This document shows, in pieces, positions 40,180 through 52,284 of a DNA stretch of 64,000 nucleotides. Positions within the stretch are counted from its first letter, which is position 1. Every line of letters begins with the position of its first letter. Where the stretch lies: NCBI GenBank assembly GCA_964016885.1, contig OZ024756.1, positions 15,190,001 through 15,254,000 of the forward strand. The letters are read 5' to 3'. The position numbers were made by a program, and so were the translations under genes. The notes under the pieces were generated by a model that saw only the letters and a list, made by a program, of their open reading frames with translations, was not told the origin of the DNA and made no database searches. Origin of the DNA: Eledone cirrhosa. Taxonomy: Eukaryota.

Positions 40180-41625
40180 AAAATGGACAACAAGAAAATT
40201 AAACAGAAAATTCCCCCCAAAAGGTGGGTGGGATAGGGGGAGACTTCTGAGGGCTGCTTGTGGACAAAACCACAAAATACCACTATTACTCTGACCACTA
40301 GGGCAATTGGTCTACTCCAATCTACAGGTGCACACTCAGACCATTCTTGTAACTTATCTACCTTTTGATAAATTTGCTGGAAGGGAGCACTTCCCTTTTC
40401 AACGTCAATTTCCTTTTCAAGAAAAAATTGAAAAAGTTTGAAAAGAGCTTAGCCAAAGAGGAAAGTAACTGTCTTCAGCCCTTTTAATCTCTTCCACCAT
40501 ACAACCTCTTTCACAATGGCCACCAGGCAGGTAAAAACTGCCTGGCCTTCATGGCCAAAGGGGAGTGGTAGGACACTCTTCACAGTGGACTCAGTGTATA
40601 ACCAGATACGAGGGTGCTTCAAAACATTCATGGAAAAGGGACAGTTGGAAAAAACGGTTTAAGTTATATTTATTTTTCAACATATGCTCCATCTAAGTCA
40701 ATACACTTCTGTAAGCATTGATACCAGCCTTTAAGTCCATCTTTGTAAAACTGGGGGACATGCGATTTAAACCATGTCAAAGCAGCTTCAACCTCATCCC
40801 TTCCACTTCTAAAATGACATCCATTTGTAGGCTGTTGATTTCTTTGGGACATTGTCCTCATAAACTTGCTCCCGAGTGTCAATGATTTGGTTGCTCTTCC
40901 ACCCTAGCTTCACCATGAATTTGATGTTTTGATGGAAGCCATGTTGCTCGAGCGGGTGCTGACTTCCGACTGCTGCTGCTACATTGCAACATGCATTTAA
41001 GAGTACATATCAGAACACGTTATGACATGCTAGTACAACAACATACAGGTGCATTGAGATCAAAATTCCTGCATATGATTTTTAGCTATGTACTTTTTGC
41101 AATCACTTTTTGAAGCCTCTTCGTACATCCTTCACATGATGGATGTTTAGTATAACTTCACAAGTCAGCAATACTAAAGCACTGGACAGTTTCGTCAGCC
41201 TGCGTACATCTTGGACAGGTACAGCTGATGGCATTCCAGTAACTGTAGAGATTATCCCAAACCAGCAATACCCCCACCCCACCAGTAGCACTGCCAAGTC
41301 AGAGATTCCTATTAATTATCCATAGGGTCCTAGACCAAAGGTCCTCCAGAAAAGACCATCCAGTTGTGTCTGATACTACTGTGGTGATGTCATCCAGATA
41401 TATTGACGTCTTAGTTCACATGGGATACTCCTCAATATCTCTAGTTTCTGCAGTAGTGACCTTAGAGTCAGAAGAGATGAGAGAGGGCAGCCTTGGTGGA
41501 CCAAGTGTATAATAGTGAAAGGTTCTGACTGCTGGTCATTTATTCTGACCACGGAGCAACAAATGCTGCAATCCTGGTTACCATCAATCTCTGATGTCCT
41601 CAGTCTCAAAAACCGACATTTGTGA
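40180..41625 (-). mobile_element. Degenerate Tx1/L1-clade LINE fragment interrupted by a mariner
   Basis: QGCPLS RT motif in ORF 41376..41609, CPRC zinc-knuckle remnant near 41200, and a C-terminus (EGQAVFTCLVA) shared with 45400-46740. Confidence 0.7.
40607..41125 (-). mobile_element. Internally deleted mariner (Tc1/mariner) element, about 515 bp
   Basis: TA-CGAGGGTGCTTCAAAA at the left and TTTTGAAGCCTCTTCG-TA at the right; transposase C-terminal remnant FYKDGLKGWYQCLQKCIDLDGAYVEK. Confidence 0.85.
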
Positions 41626-41631
41626 CAATGA

Positions 41632-42755
41632 GTGAGAGGGAGAGAGAGAGGTTGGTAGGGTGGTTACTGATAGGGGGAGAGAGGTTGGTAGGGTGGTTAC
41701 TGATAGGGGGAGAGAGGTTGGTAGGGTGGTTACTGATAGGGGGAGAGAGGTTGGTAGGGTGGTTACTGATAGGGGGAGAGAGGTTGGTAGGGTGGTTACT
41801 GATAGGGGGAGAGAGGTTGGTAGGGTGGTTACTGATAGGGAGAGAGAGGTTGGTAGGGTGGTTACTTATAGGGAGAGAGAGGTTGGTAGGGTGGTTACTG
41901 ATAGGGAGAGAGAGGTTGGTAGGGTGGTTACTGGTAGGGAGAGAGAGGTTCGTAGGGTGGTTACTGATAGGGAGAGAGAGGTTGGTAGGGTGGTTACTGA
42001 TAGGGAGAGAGAGGTTGGTAGGGTGGTTACTGACAGGGAGAGAGGGGTTGGTAGGGTGGTTACTGACAGGGAGAGAGGGGTTGGTAGGGTGGTTACTGAT
42101 AGGGAGAGAGGGGTTGGTAGGGTGGTTACTGACAGGGAGAGGGGTTGGTAGGGTGGTTACTGATAGGGAGAGAGAGGTTCGTAGGGTGGTTACTGATAGG
42201 GAGAGAGAGGTTGGTAGGGTGGTTACTGACAGGGAGAGAGGGGTTGGTAGGGTGGTTACTGACAGGGAGAGAGGGGTTGGTAGGGTGGTTACTGACAGGG
42301 AGAGAGGGGTTGGTAGGGTGGTTACTGACAGGGAGAGAGGGGTTGGTAGGGTGGTTACTGACAGGGAGAGAGAGAGAGGTTGGTAGGGTGGTTACTGATA
42401 GGGAGAGAGAGAGGTTGGTAGGGTGGTTACTGATAGGGAGAGAGAGAGGTTGGTAGGGTGGTTACTGATAGGGAGAGAGAGAGGTTGGTAGGGTGGTTAC
42501 TGATAGGGAGAGAGAGAGGTTGGTAGGGTGGTTACTGATAGGGAGAGAGAGAGGTTGGTAGGGTGGTTACTGATAGGGAGAGAGAGAGGTTGGTAGGGTG
42601 GTTACTGATAGGGAGAGAGAGGTTGGTAGGGTGGTTACTGACGGAGCGAGAGAGAGGTTGGTAGGGTGGTTACTGACGGAGCAAGAGAGAGGTTGGTAGG
42701 GTGGTTACTGACAGGGAGAGAGGGAGAGAGAGAGGTTGGTAGGGTGGTTACTCAC
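41632..42755. repeat. 33-35-bp G-rich minisatellite (AGAGAGGTTGGTAGGGTGGTTACTGATAGGG[AG]), about 33 copies, ending in the exon J donor
   Basis: Direct reading. Confidence 0.97.
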
Positions 42756-42893
42756 AGGTATTGGTCGTGGAGGTTTTGCTCCAGCTAACGAACCAATAAT
42801 TAATATCATGGCAGAGAAAAGTCTGTGGAATTGTTCAACGACGACACTTTCAGTCTGGGCTACTGTCAGAATCTGCTCAAAGGCACACATGAT
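42756..42893 (-). CDS. MROH1: MROH1-like exon J (IMCAFEQILTVAQTESVVVEQFHRLFSAM...PPRPIP)
   Basis: tattacag|ATC ... CCT|gtgagt; 138 nt, phase 0/0. Confidence 0.88.
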
Positions 42894-42965
42894 CTGTAAT
42901 AGAGAGCAAAATTATAACATATATGTAATCAAAGAAATATGTATTGCAGCTGATTATGAATACAG

Positions 42966-43303
42966 TCATCATCATCATCATCATACGTCTGCTTTCCCTG
43001 CTTGCAAGGGTGGGACGGGAACCGATTCTGGCTTGATTTCTACAGCTGGATGCCCTTCCTAACACCAACCTCATTTACATCGAGTGCTGGGTGCTTTTTT
43101 TGCCGTGGCACCTCCACGACCACTTTGCAGTGGAATGATATAGACCCCAGTCCCTATCATCTCATTTCTACAGCTGAGTAAACTGGAGCAATGTGAAATA
43201 AAGTGTCTTGCTCAAGGAAACAACACATCACCCGGTCTGAGAATTGAACTGACAACCTTTTGATTGCAAGCCCAGTGCTCTAACCACTAAGCCATGTGCC
43301 TGC
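42966..43303 (-). mobile_element. tRNA-derived SINE family 1
   Basis: Near-identical to 1558-1895. Confidence 0.9.
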
Positions 43304-43528
43304 ATTATGTATATCAATATCTGGCCTTCACGCATTATTGAGTACACGGCTAACTGAACACATGCTTTCTCGTTATCAAGTATGGCCATTGCATGATATA
43401 GCATTAATAATTATCAATTAATGCTATCATGCAATGCCTGTGCGTGAAGATTCTTTTTAAAGTGAGGAAAGACTGTGCACTGAGCCAATCCCACTCTCTG
43501 AGCAACAGTTGCTATACATATATAATAT

Positions 43529-43583
<55 letters not shown>

Positions 43584-44368
43584 AGTGAAATGACTGGAGG
43601 CCAAATCTGTTGAATTTTCTTAATTTTTTTTTATCCCTGTAAGCATTATGCACATTTCAGTGGCCAGGTTACGTAAGAACCTGGTGACCTCATCAGGTGT
43701 AAATTGTGTCATAGATGTATACCAACGGAATGATGGTAAAAGTTTAAGGAAACAAGCAAAGAAAAGGAGTGTGCTTTTATTTTTGACCCAGAGAAGGACG
43801 TAGTAACATGCTGCCACATTGCTCACCCGTAAGTGAATAGAAATAATATTATAAATATTTGGTTTGTTTACAAGTAAATAGCCTTGTAAAACATCCTTTT
43901 GTTCTAGCAGTAACAGAGAAAACAATCGACAATATTATTTCCGAGTGTTTGCTCTTTATCTCCTTATACAAGATTGCGCATTCTACTGTCTGCTACCATC
44001 TGGAACTACTGAGAATACAGAGTATTCTCAAATGTCCACATTGGCTGATTAGCCTCATTTGCATACCGGCCAATTTTATAGCCAGATTTGCTGCTCTTAT
44101 GACGAGTAAGGTTTTTACTTTCAAAAATTGAATTATTAGCGTAACAAGTAATCTAAACCAATCAAATGGCTTAGAAATTGATTTAACAGAAAGTGGACCA
44201 ATCAAATTGCTAGAAATTATTTCAAATAATATGGACTAATGAAATAGCTAGAAACTGATTTACAGAAGTTTGGACCAATCAAATGGCTAGAAATTGAGGC
44301 AGAGAAAAAAATGAAAGAATTAAATAGTAACCGATTCCAATCACAGTTGAAATAAACAATGGACTCAC

Positions 44369-44525
44369 AGTCAGTGGACCAATAAGAGCATAGTGGAATG
44401 ATTCTTTATTATCTATCCGTTCCTCGTAGGGTCGCTGGGCAAGAAGATGTTCTAACAATTGGTCAACTATAGTACCCACAAGTTGAGGGTCTTCAGCCAA
44501 ACAACACCAAATGGCACAAATATTG
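44369..44525 (-). CDS. MROH1: MROH1-like exon I (NICAIWCCLAEDPQLVGTIVDQLLEHL...IGPLT)
   Basis: cctttacag|C ... ACT|gtgagt; 157 nt, phase 2/0. Confidence 0.9.
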
Positions 44526-44569
44526 CTGTAAAGGAAAGGGAAACAAGAAATATTAACTAAATTGTTAGT

Positions 44570-44935
44570 TCAGGCAGTCTTTCATTAGAAATATGGTAAT
44601 GAAAGGGTTAAAGACAGTGTCTTTCATTAGAAATATGGTTAGGAAAGGGTTAATGATATAGACAGTGTCTTTCATTAGAAATATGATAATGAAAGGGTTA
44701 ATGCCATAAGCAGTGTCTTTCATTAGAAATATGGTAATGAAAGGGTTAAAGACAGTGTCTTTCATTAGAAATATGGTTAGGAAAGGGTTAATGATATAGA
44801 CAGTGTCTTTCATTAGAAATATGATAATGAAAGGGTTAATGCCATAAGCAGTGTCTTTCATTAGAAATATGGTAATGAAAGGGTTAAAGACAGTGTCTTT
44901 CATTAGAAATATGGTTAGGAAAGGGTTAAAGCAGT
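44570..44935. repeat. 40-46-bp minisatellite (GTGTCTTTCATTAGAAATATGGTAATGAAAGGGTTAA...) with a three-unit higher-order period
   Basis: Direct reading; reverse complement of the array at 53945-54597. Confidence 0.93.
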
Positions 44936-45022
44936 GCCTCAGCATGGCCACAGTTTAATGAAGGAAACAAATAAAATAAATAGTAAAAAAGAAAAGTAAA
45001 AAGACAAGTACAGCTGACTTAC

Positions 45023-45177
45023 ATATCGTAAGGTATTGGGTAAGACAAAAGACACTTGAGGGCGACAGGTAGGTGGTGTGAAATAAGAGTCCGCAGGGCT
45101 CTAAGGGTGCCGGTTCTAGATTGTGGGTGTTGGATGTACTCAAGGCGTTGGTGTAATGTTTCTATAATGCTTCCAAC
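45023..45177 (-). CDS. MROH1: MROH1-like exon H (VGSIIETLHQRLEYIQHPQSRTGTLRAL...LLSYPIPYD)
   Basis: ctttaaag|GTT ... GAT AT|gtaagt; 155 nt, phase 0/2. Confidence 0.88.
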
Positions 45178-45391
45178 CTTTAAAGATAAAGATAATTATA
45201 ATAATAATGTTTCTACTTTTGGCACAAGGCCAGCAATTACCCCCAGTGCATTACTGGTACTTTATTTTATCGATGCCATAAAGATGAAAGGCAAAGTTAA
45301 CCTGGCAGGATTTGAACTCAGAATAAAAGGGCCATAACTCCTATGCTGCAAAGCATGGTGTCTGACGCTCTACCGATTCTGCCAAACCATT

Positions 45392-46745
45392 TCTTTATTA
45401 ACCACAAAGGGTTTACATCAAGAAAAACATTATGACAGTACAGGACGAAAACATAGAATGTATTTGCATATAAATGAATTTTAACAATGTTAAAAAAAAG
45501 ATAATGAAATTAAAACAAAGAAGGTTCCTCAATAGGCAGATGTTCAAGGGTCATTCATGGAAAACCCCATAAAACCATGGATGCTCTGAACTTTAGGGTA
45601 AGTTCCCTGCCCCAGTTGTACTCCTCCAGTTTACATGCTCACACTCATTCCCTCGGGCCATGCTCGATTCTCTCACCCACCTTTCAACAAATTACTTTGA
45701 AGGCAGCACTTCTCTCTCTACCCTTATTTTCTTCCTCAAGTGGAATCTGAAAAAGTTAATCAAGGCTTCTCCAAAGAGGAAAGTGCTCATCTTCAAACCT
45801 TTCAAGCATGTTCACCATGGCAACAAGACATGTAAAAACGGCCTGCCCTTCTTGACTAAAAAAAAAAAGAGGTGGGACAATCTTCACAATGGACTTGGTT
45901 GATAACCAAATTTGTCTAATACGTGACAGGTGTTTGACAAACCTACAAATAAGTAATGCTCAGACACTGGACGATTGCGTGCCGGATGGTTTCATCATCC
46001 TGCGTGCATCTTGGACAGGCCCAGCTGACAGCACTTCCATGTCTGTAGAGTTTATCTCAAACTGGCAAACCTCCTTGGTAGCACTGCCGTGCCAAGGATT
46101 TCTGGAAATTATCCTAACTAAAAGTCCTTTCAAAAAGAGTGGCTAGTTGATTTTCGTTGATGTCTAGAGTTTCCCTAAGATTGTTGACACTTATCTGCCA
46201 CTAACCCTCTGTAGAACACCAAGGTGGTGTTTCCACCAATCATATTACCTGATTATTGAAGGGCTGTAAGCGTCTGGAGACATTCCAGTTTCCAAGCGCT
46301 CTCCCTCGGTCTCTGCTTAACCCAGGACTGTAGCTCCGTTAAGGATACGAGTTGGAGGAACATGCATCTGAGGAACTGTGACCACACCTGTTCACCATTA
46401 AGGAAGAGATGGAGATGTCATAGCCTCAGCGCATGTCTTGCACATCATTAGCCATGTCATTCCCAGTCCTCCGCTGCTCAGGGGCTATTGACAGCAGATG
46501 GACTGCCTGACCATCAGAACGCGTCCTTTCCACAAGGATTGGAAGAGCAAACGCTTCAGTGCAGTCAGATGGGGGTTTGAGACAAGGCAGGACGGTTAAG
46601 TGGTAGCAGATGATAGACGCGATGATTGTGTTAGCCACCTCTACCCTACTTTTCAGGGACAGCTTTCTCTTGGTCCATTTCTGGGTGAGATTGTCCAGTT
46701 TGGATAATTTATTTCACACGATTAGTGAAGTAGTTGTGGTTCAGG
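45392..46745 (-). mobile_element. Degenerate Tx1/L1-clade LINE 3' fragment
   Basis: The minus strand of about 45965-46018 encodes CPRCTQDDETIRHAIVQC (C-X2-C-X8-H-X4-C knuckle); homologous to 40180-41625. Confidence 0.75.
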
Positions 46746-46747
46746 GA

Positions 46748-46834
46748 GAACAACAACAATAATAGCAACAACAACAACAGCAGCAGCAACAACAACAACA
46801 GCAGCAGCAACAACAACAGTAGCAACAACAGTAG

Positions 46835-46866
<32 letters not shown>

Positions 46867-47146
46867 GTCACAAAAACATCAACATCAACAACAGCAACAT
46901 CATCAACATCAACATCAACATCAACATCAACATCAACATCAACATCAACATCAACATCAACAGCAACAGCAACAGCAACAGCAACATCAACAACAGCAGC
47001 AACAGCAACAACAACAGCAACAACAACAGCAGCAGCAGCAGCAACAGCAGCGGCAACAACAGTAACAACAGTAACAACAGCAACAACAACAGCAGCAACA
47101 GCAGTAGCAACAACAGTAGCAACAACAGTAACAACAACAGTAACAA
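46748..47146. repeat. (AAC/AGC/ATC)n trinucleotide tract
   Basis: Direct reading. Confidence 0.95.
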
Positions 47147-47178
47147 TGAAAAGAGTCATCTGATTGAGAAAAACTTAC

Positions 47179-47331
47179 TTCTTCTCGCAGCTCCCGTCCT
47201 CGTTGTTTCATTAAACTGTTTAACATGACACAGGAACCAGAAGAACTGTGAGACATGGTATCGACTAATCCTTCCTCAAGGACACTCAGGAATGACATCA
47301 ACTGAATCTTTGGCAGCTTCTTGGCAACTAT
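47179..47331 (-). CDS. MROH1: MROH1-like exon G (IVAKKLPKIQLMSFL...MKQRGRELREE)
   Basis: atgtcag|ATA ... GAA|gtaagt; 153 nt. Resembles human IIAKRLPPDQL...QERGGVLQEK (from memory). Confidence 0.9.
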
Positions 47332-47511
47332 CTGACATGGCAAAATATAGACAGAGATATATGTTATATTGATGGACATAAAGGGGAATCAGATGTAGTG
47401 TGCAGGAGAGAGGAATGCACTGGTACAGACATGTAATATGTATGGGTGATGATAACAGTTGGGTAAAGAACTGAAAATGTGAAGCAAGCAAGTTCCACTG
47501 AATGTGTAATG

Positions 47512-47724
47512 TTAACCCTTTAGCATTTAAACTGGCTGTATCTCTCCAGAATTCTCTCACCTCTTTCAGTTTTAACCGGCCATAACTGGCCACTCATACT
47601 GATGTTAAGGTATTGTTTTCAAAATAAATATCAAAATCTCATAGCTTCGATATTATGTGAGATAAAGTATTTACCGTGAAAATACAATAGTAAATATAGA
47701 GTAATATAAATGGTAAAGGGTTGA
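47512..47724. mobile_element. About 210-bp piggyBac-like MITE (TIR CCCTTTAGCATTTA, TTAA target), inserted among + strand RTE 3' remnants
   Basis: TTAACCCTTTAGCATTTA...TAAATGGTAAAGGGTTGA; opposite orientation to the copies at 48383 and 54863. Confidence 0.85.
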
Positions 47725-47984
47725 TGGACATGTATGATGAGTCACAGATGATTTGAGAGAAGAACTAGTTATACGATGGATGATGACTGTTGGGTAAAAA
47801 AAATGCCAAGAGTTCCAAATTTAAAAGGGAAAAGGGTAGAGCTAGGTCAAAGAAGACATGGAGAAGATGAGGTGAGAACTGATCTTACGATGCTGAACTA
47901 TGCAAAGGAGACGACAAAGGAATGCAACAAGTGGAGAGATGCTGTTCTGGAGAAACCCATCAAACCCTTGCATTATGGGGAAAA

Positions 47985-48135
47985 AATGGATGCCAACATG
48001 TTAACATGCGTAAGTAATATGGATGCCAACATGTTAACATGCATAAACATGGATGCCAACATGTTAACATGCATAACGAGGATCCCCACATGTTAACATG
48101 CATAAAGATGGATGTCAACATGTTAACATGCATAA
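47985..48135. repeat. Short tandem repeat with palindrome CATGTTAACATG, 5 copies
   Basis: Direct reading. Confidence 0.85.
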
Positions 48136-48382
48136 GTAACAAAACACAAATGAGATGATGAAAGAAAAAACTGGGGGATAATTTTAAAAAAATCAGATGA
48201 CATGCAAGAGAGAGAGAGAGATGGAGAGGACTGCACTGGTACAGACATGATGTGTATGGATAAGATTTGAAGACATGTCTGGAGATCCAAATGAGGCGGG
48301 GGAGATATGGTAGACATAGGCTGAGGAAAGCACGAGGCAGAAGTGGTGAAAGCTGATCTCAGGATACTGAACCTGATCAAGT

Positions 48383-48608
48383 TTAACCCTTTAGTATTCA
48401 CATTACTCTATATATACTATTATATTTTCATGGTAAATGCTTTATCTCACATAATATCTCACATAATATCGAATCTATGAGATTTTGAAAGTATCTATTT
48501 TGAGAACAATACCTTAACATCAGTTTGAGCGACCAGTTACAGCTAGTTTCAACAGAAAAAGGTAGAGATTCTGGCCGGTTTAGGCCGGTTTGAACACTAA
48601 AGGGTTAA
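48383..48608. mobile_element. piggyBac-like MITE, same family
   Basis: TTAACCCTTTAG...CTAAAGGGTTAA. Confidence 0.88.
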
Positions 48609-48910
48609 CTCTTAATATCAAACTACTTGGAATTGCTCTTGATTCCAAAATACAAAACAGACTCCTTCACTTTCTTTGCCCACTTATTCCTGGGAGGGTT
48701 GTTGAGGTAGAATCCCCAGATGCACCTTCAAGAGGGTCCTATCAGAAGTAACATCAACTGATCTGGCTGGATCCCCAAGAAAGACAAATCAAATGTATGG
48801 ATGCTATCCAACCATCTTGTTCATGGTATACTTCTGGGTGATCCTTGTGCTAAATTCAGGCAGCATTGGTGGCAATGAATTCCACACACACACACACACA
48901 CGTGCGCGCG

Positions 48911-49680
48911 ACAGGCATCTGAACAGTGTCTATCTGCCAAATTCTACTTACAGTTATGGCAAGGTTAAAGACACACACAACAGGCATCAGTACAGTGTCT
49001 ATCTGCCAAAGTTATGGCAAGGTTAAAGACACACACTCGACAGGCATCAGTACAGTGTCTATCTGCCAAAGTTATGGCAAAGTTAATGACACACTCGACA
49101 GGCATCAGTACAGTGTCTATCTGCCAAAGTTATAGCAAAGTTAATGACACACACTCGACAGGCATCAGTACAGTGTCTATCTGCCAAAGTTATAGCAAAG
49201 TTAATGACACACTCGACAGGCATCAGTACAGTGTCTATCTGCCAAAGTTATGGCAAAGTTAATGACACACACTCGACAGGCATCAGTACAGTGTCTATCT
49301 GCCAAAGTTATAGCAAAGTTAATGACACACTCGACAGGCATCAGTACAGTGTCTATCTGCCAAAGTTATGGCAAAGTTAATGACACACACTCGACAGGCA
49401 TCAGTACAGTGTCTATCTGCCAAAGTTATAGCAAAGTTAATGACACACTCGACAGGCATCAGTACAGTGTCTATCTGCCAAAGTTATGGCAAAGTTAATG
49501 ACACACACTCGACAGGCATCAGTACAGTGTCTATCTGCCAAAGTTATAGCAAAGTTAATGACACACACTCGACAGGCATCAGTACAGTGTCTATCTGCCA
49601 AAGTTAATGACACACTCGACAGGCATCAGTACCGTGTCTATCTGCCATATTCCACTTAGTTATGGCAAGGTTAAAGACAT
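48911..49680. repeat. 58/60-bp tandem repeat (CACTCGACAGGCATCAGTACAGTGTCTATCTGCCAAAGTTATRGCAAAGTTAATGACA[CA]), about 12-13 copies, partly as a 118-bp dimer
   Basis: Direct reading. Confidence 0.95.
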
Positions 49681-49854
49681 GTCTTGAGTCATCATCCTAA
49701 ATACTGTGAAGTGAGATTGAAGTGAAAACCACATCATTGTAAAGTTAAACATGTTTAAACAACAGACAGGATTGAACCATATTTAGAAACTTCTCTGTAC
49801 AAAACATGATTGAATGAAGAGCGGCCTCTGAATTATATATACATACAGTGTGTT

Positions 49855-51446
49855 TATCATCATCATCATCATCATCATCAACGTTTAAACGTCCGTGTTC
49901 CACGCTTGCATGGGTTTGGACGGGGGTAGTCCCACTTGAGGCAAGAGTGATTGTCTTGCTCGCATAGGACTGTCTGGCGGGTTTTCTACAGTTGGATGCC
50001 CTTCCTAACACCAACCACATTTACAGTGTGGGTCTGGGAGGTTTTTACCGTGTTGCCTACACGGCCACATTACAGCGTGGACTGTGTGTTTTTTTGTCGT
50101 GACACCTACACGATCTCATTTGTTTCGGCCTCGATGGCGCGGCACCAACATAACTTTACATAGAACGGGGTGGTGTGGATCGGGTGGGGGTGGTGGTGGT
50201 GGGACGGGGTGTATTTTGTTAGAGATGCCTACTGGCTGGAGTAGGTTTTACTATATATTTAGGTAAGGCGGGTCTTCTCTGTTACTGAGTACCGCCAAAG
50301 GTCTCGGTCCAGTGACATTGTCTTGGAGAGGTGTAAGTGTGTGATGTCGGAGTTTATCAGCTCGTCCCAGGTTTTTCTAGGTCTGCCTATTCCGTGACTA
50401 CCGTCTATCTTTATTGCCCTGCACTTTGTTATACAGCTATCGACTTTCATGCGCATCACGTGTCCATACCAACGTAGCCTTCTCTCGAGTAAACAACATC
50501 TGATCCCTCTTATCTCTAATTTTTTTTTCCTTAGTTCGTTTATGCTTTGCCGTTCACGTATATTACTGTTACACATCCAGCGGAGCATGCAAGCTTCGTT
50601 CCTCTCTAGTCTGCGTATATCCTCTGCACACAATGCCCAGGTCTCACTGCCATGCAGCATTGCTGTTCGTATGCAGGCATCGTACAACCTGCCTTTCATT
50701 TTTAGTGAGAACCCTTTAGCAGCTAATAGTGGTATAAGCTCTCTGAACTTTTTCCAACCAGTTCTGACTCTAGCTACAGTACTTTCAGAGCACCCTCCCC
50801 CACTGCTGATTTTATCGCCCAGGTAACGGAAGCTGTCCACTATTTCTATAGAACCCTCTGCGCAATTGAAAGAGCTAGTAGTTTGTGGGCACTTGCTGCT
50901 ACTTATTGCACCAGAGCACCGGCCACATGTAAAATCTATGTTCTTAGTTAGCTTACCTGTGATCCCACTACATCTTTTATGCACCCATACTTTGCATTTA
51001 GGACATAAAATGGAGTTTCTACCTACGCCTTTCCTACACACCGAGCACGACCATTTCCCAGAAGGGACCGCCGCCTTGTTTTCTTTCCTACAAACTAGTA
51101 CTTTGGTCTTAGCCAGGTTAATTTTAAGTCCTTTTGACTCTAGGCCGTGCTTCCATGTTTGGAATTTCTTCTCTAGCTCGGCCATTGATTCCGCTATGAG
51201 TGTCAGGTCGTCTGCGTATAGGAGTTCCCATGGGCAGCCTGTCTTGAACTCCTCTGTTATAGCCTGAAGGGCAATAATAAATAGTAGTGGACTGAGAACA
51301 GAGCCCTGATGGACGCCAACTTTTACGCTAAACTCTTCACTATATTCGTTGTTAATTCTAACCTTGCTGACTGTTTCTTTATACATGGCTTGTATAGCCC
51401 TCACAAGCCATTCGTCAACGCCTAGTTTTCTAAGAGCCCACCAGAT
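49855..51446 (-). mobile_element. 5'-truncated RTE-clade LINE: uninterrupted C-terminal ORF (reverse transcriptase with embedded PHD finger), 3' UTR and (ATG)n tail
   Basis: ORF 50259..51404 has GVHQGSVLSP, LLYADD, GLKIN, FRYLG, RRLRWYGHVMR and GRPRKTW; the frame stays open to about 51446; tail at 49855-49880. Confidence 0.93.
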
Positions 51447-52095
51447 ATATATATGTTTATATATACATACAGTGTGTTTATATATATGTTTATATATACA
51501 TACATGTGTTTATATATATGTTTATATATACATACAGTGTGTTTATATATATGTTTATATATACATACATGTGTTTATATATATGTTTATATATACATAC
51601 AGTGTGTTTATATATATGTTTATATATACATACAGTGTGTTTATATATATGTTTATATATACATACAGTGTGTTTATATATATGTTTATATATACATACA
51701 GTGTGTTTATATATATGTTTATATATACATACAGTGTGTTTATATATATGTTTATATATACATACAGTGTGTTTATATATATGTTTATATATACATACAT
51801 GTGTTTATATATATGTTTATATATACATACATGTGTTTATATATATGTTTATATATACATACATGTGTTTATATATATGTTTATATATACATACATGTGT
51901 TTATATATATGTTTATATATACATACATGTGTTTATATATATGTTTATATATACATACATGTGTTTATATATATGTTTATATATACATACATGTGTTTAT
52001 ATATATGTTTATATATACATACAGTGTGTTTATATATATGTTTATATATACATACAGTGTGTTTATATATATGTTTATATATACATACAGTGTGT
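51444..52095. repeat. 28/30-bp AT-rich minisatellite (GTGTTTATATATATGTTTATATATACATACA..)
   Basis: Direct reading. Confidence 0.95.
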
Positions 52096-52284
52096 TCGCT
52101 TTTTACATGAAGGTGCATTCGTGAATGCAGCGCATGAAGCAATTTCACGAAATTCTGATAAATAAAAAAAATTAAAAACTACAAGTGTTATAGCGCAAAG
52201 TGAATATTTAATAATTGTTTCTATTTTTGGCACAAAGCCAGCAATTATCCCAGTGCATGACTGGTACTTTATTTTATCGAGTCC

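Noticed and set aside
43620-44205. Short ORFs (70-101 aa) as an extra exon or nested gene
   Set aside because: No recognisable motif, and exons I and J join in phase without an additional exon.
48911-49680. CRISPR-like or coding 58/60-bp repeat
   Set aside because: No spacers; the overlapping ORFs in shifting frames are tandem-repeat artefacts.
51349-52165. Long Tyr/Ile/Cys-rich ORFs (also 343-567 and 56768-58087)
   Set aside because: Translations of TA/TG-rich mini- and microsatellites.
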